From the NCBI RefSeq assembly GCF_963921235.1, contig NC_086109.1:24430001-24494000 (forward strand): 64,000 nt of DNA, read 5' to 3'. The notes below the pieces were generated by a model. That model saw nothing but the letters and a program-made list of their open reading frames with translations. It was not told where the DNA came from and ran no database searches. This DNA is from Mobula hypostoma (taxonomy: Eukaryota). The position numbers and the translations under genes were made by a program. This document shows, piece after piece, positions 60,791 through 64,000 of this stretch (positions are counted from its first letter, which is position 1; each line of letters starts with the position of its first letter).

Positions 60791-61474
60791 ATGCCCTTGC
60801 AAAGCTCCACTGAGTGTCATCAGTGTATGCCCAATCCTCCAACCAATGAGTGCTCCTTTTCTATCTCGGATCTTTTCTCAGTGACCACCCTTGTTTAATC
60901 CCTCATGTGAGAGCCTCACCAAGCTCCCACATGGTGCTTTATGTCTCATCCTATTTTGTGCTATCACTGTATATCTTGGTTAAATATCTGGCAATTTTGA
61001 CTGCTCCTTATGTTATCAGAACCGATTTGCATTTATATTGTATTTTTGGTGAGGTGATGCACATTGTGAAACATAGAACAGTACAGCACAGAACAAGTCT
61101 TTTGGCGATCTTTCAACCTACTCTAAGCTCAGCCTAAACCTTCCCTTCCCCATAGTCGCCCATTATTCTTTCATCCACGTGCCTATCTAAGAGTCTCCTA
61201 ATATCTCTAATGTGTTGTATTAGAAACAAATGAATACTGAGCCACAATCCAAACAGGTGATGAATGAGGTAGGTAGTGTGGTTCAGGAATGAGGTCTTGG
61301 ATTCCTCCGAAGACAGAGTGAAGCAAGTTGAGAAAGCAGAAGAATGAACCAACTGGAGCAGATGGAAAGTGAGTTTTAAGGAAAGTCAATCTTCTGTTGT
61401 GTGCAAGATAAATTAAAATAAGCAGGAGTAGAACAGGAAATAGCAGAGAAGAGCAGACAATCATCAGTGCCTTA

Positions 61475-61890
61475 GTCATAGAGTTATAACACAGTACAGA
61501 AAAGGCCCTTTGGCCCATCTAGTCAGTGCCAAACTGTTATTCTGAACCTGGGCCATAGCCCTCTATACCCCTGCCATCCATATACATATCCAAATATTTC
61601 TTAAATGATGCAAAAGAACTCGCATCCACCACTTCCCAGGCAGCACATTCCACACTCACACCACCTTCTGAGTGAAGAAGATTGCCCTAAAGTTTCCCTA
61701 AAATATTTTATCTTTCACCCTTAATTCATGACCTCTAGTTCGCGTCTCACCCAACCTCAGTGGAAGAAGCCTGTTTGCATTGACCTTAACTATACCCCTC
61801 AAAATTTTGAATGCCTCTATCAAATCTTCTTTCATTCACCCATGCTCCAGGAATAAATTCTTAACGTATTCAGTCTTTTCCTGTAAATTC
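61475..61890 (-). mobile_element. Old CR1-type 3' fragment
   Basis: GTCATAGAG tail, AGGCCCTTTGGCCC hairpin, GCATCCACCACTTCCCAGGCAGCACATTCCACAC. Confidence 0.55.
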
Positions 61891-63529
61891 CTAATGTTGA
61901 GAAGGGGGCTTTTTCCTGGTCACAGTACAATGATCTCTACTGGGGTGTTCACATTGATAGACCAATTTTGAACCCTCTATGATTGAACAACTGAAACTTA
62001 ATGACTGGCTAGTTTGAGAGAGGCCACATTAAATGGTTTCTGTTTCCTTGTCAGTTCTGAACTAATTGATGTTGAAGGGAACAGATGTCCTCCAGGATAT
62101 TACAAAACTGAGTCAGTGAATTGTTAAAATGACTCAGCATGCTAGCAGTTTTGGTCAAAAAAGAATCTGGAAAAAATCCAACTCAGATCCAAGTTCAGCA
62201 TCATGTTGTAAGAACCAAATTTTATTCTTCCTTTCAGTCAGGTACCTGAGATAGAATAGAGGGTGGTATTAATTGAAAGGATCCAGGCTTTTTATTGGCA
62301 CTTAATGGGGGTCCAAGAAACCTCCTAATTGTTATTGAAGTCATACTCTGCCAAAATTATAGACTTACATATATCTATAAACAGCCCCTCATTGTCTTTC
62401 CGAAAATTTCTGATGAATTACTTTGAAATGCAACATTTGTTGCTATGTGGATAAACAGCCAACTATTTTGCACAGAGAAAGCTCCCACAACACCAAAGAT
62501 GAATGATCAGTTAAATCTGTTTGGTGGTGTTGGTTGATGAAGGAATGTTGGCCAGAACACCCGGAGTATGCCTTGCACTTCATACTCTTCACACAAAGAG
62601 TGCTCAACGTCTGGAAAACATTTCAACATCGAGAAGCTGAGGCAACAACTCTGGAATCATTTAAGAAACAATTTAATGTTACAGTGATTGAGTGATGGGG
62701 GTGGGGAATGTTAGGAGCTCTCTGGGCGGATCAACTAAGTTGGGCCAGATGACCCGATTGTCTTTCATTCTCCATGCTAAGGGACCTTCACAGCTTGCTT
62801 GTAATGCCAGAATAGGCAGATAGAGCCCTGTTCCACGCAGACAACAACATGAAACTCCCTTAGTGCTAGGCTGGGGCCGACAGGATTAGGAGTTCGTCTT
62901 GCACAGCCATCTGACCAGAGGTGATAGGGCACTGAATTGAGGCAGGCCCAATATTACCACAATGAAATAGAAGATATATATTTTTTTAAATTTAAGAATG
63001 GATTGAATAATTAATTGCTGCTATCTTAACAGCCCCACTTTCAAAGTACGGGGAATTCAGAATGCACACTGCATCTGTGAACAAAGCGATAGGAGATTAT
63101 CAATTACTTCTGGCTCATACTCTTTTAGCTGTCAGTCTGATTCCAATTCCAGGGCCAGATGGAATAACAGCTTAGAATTACCTTAATCCATCACAAATAA
63201 CTCAGGGACATATGACAGCTACTGTTCAGAACAATAAAAAATTCTGTTTAAAAATTCTATTGTATAATGCAGAATCCATGCCTTTTGCTGGAATGATATA
63301 TGAGAGCAACCATTTCCGGGTTGCATGGTGTTACTCAGAAAATTGGACTGGGAACTTCCTGGCATGAATCACTCTTGCTATAGTGAGCATTGATTTTGAA
63401 GAATTGTGGGGGAACTTGGACTATGTGGTTCTGGGATCACCAATAATAAAGCTATCCCATTAAAAAAAGTATATTTTTGCATAGAGTGCCAGACCAGGGC
63501 ATCCGTTAAGCAAGTAAGTTATCTTTTGT

Positions 63530-64000
63530 TGCCATAACAACAACCATTTACTCAATGTCAGCAAGACCAAGGAAATGATTATTGACTTCAGGAAGAGGAA
63601 ACTAGAGGTCCATGAACCGGTACTTATCGGAGGATCAGAGATGGAGAGGGTCAGTAACTTTAAATTGCTCTGTGTTAACATTTTGGTGGGTTAGGGTTAG
63701 CACGTAAGTGCAATTATGAAGAAAGCACAGCAGCACCTCTACTTTCTTAGGAGTTTGTGTGACACCTAAAACTTTGACAAACTTCTATAGTTTGTCACCC
63801 AATTTCCCTCGGGATCAATAAAGTATATCTATCTATCTATAGATGTGAGGTGGAGAGTATAGTGACTGGCTGCATCACACCTGGTATGGAAACATCAATG
63901 CCCTTGAATGGAAACCTACTAAAAGTAGTGGATACGGCCCAGTCCATCACAGTTAAAGCCCTCCCCTCCATTGTCACAGGAAAGCAGCGTCCATCATCAG
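63530..64000 (+). mobile_element. Degenerate Rex1/Babar LINE fragment running off the window, with a 45-bp nested insertion at 63791-63835
   Basis: LNVSKTKEMIIDFRK...MERVSNFKLL...MKKAQQHLYFLRSL; similar to 48695-49405. Confidence 0.8.

Overview
Eukaryotic, repeat-dominated non-coding DNA with no recognisable intact host gene. The repeat spectrum points to a cartilaginous fish, probably a ray; this is an inference, not a database result. The window contains many CR1 and Rex1/Babar LINE fragments, including one young 5'-truncated CR1 with an uninterrupted 779-codon RT frame, and one 5'-inverted L1. It holds two decayed Gypsy LTR elements: one on + at ~25.6-30.5 kb, one on - at ~30.9-35.8 kb. 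It also has more than ten Penelope-like element (PLE) pieces whose terminal repeats carry minimal type I hammerhead ribozyme motifs, two Tigger/pogo remnants, a hAT MITE, several SINE families and two minisatellites. Highlights: (1) an intronless, disabled RBM25 fragment sits co-oriented inside the minus-strand Gypsy element, suggesting LTR-mediated mRNA capture; (2) young PLE termini form TSD-flanked fold-back cassettes with a hammerhead core on each strand; (3) TSDs document multi-level transposon nesting. Family assignments come from motif recognition only, and boundaries of old repeats are approximate.
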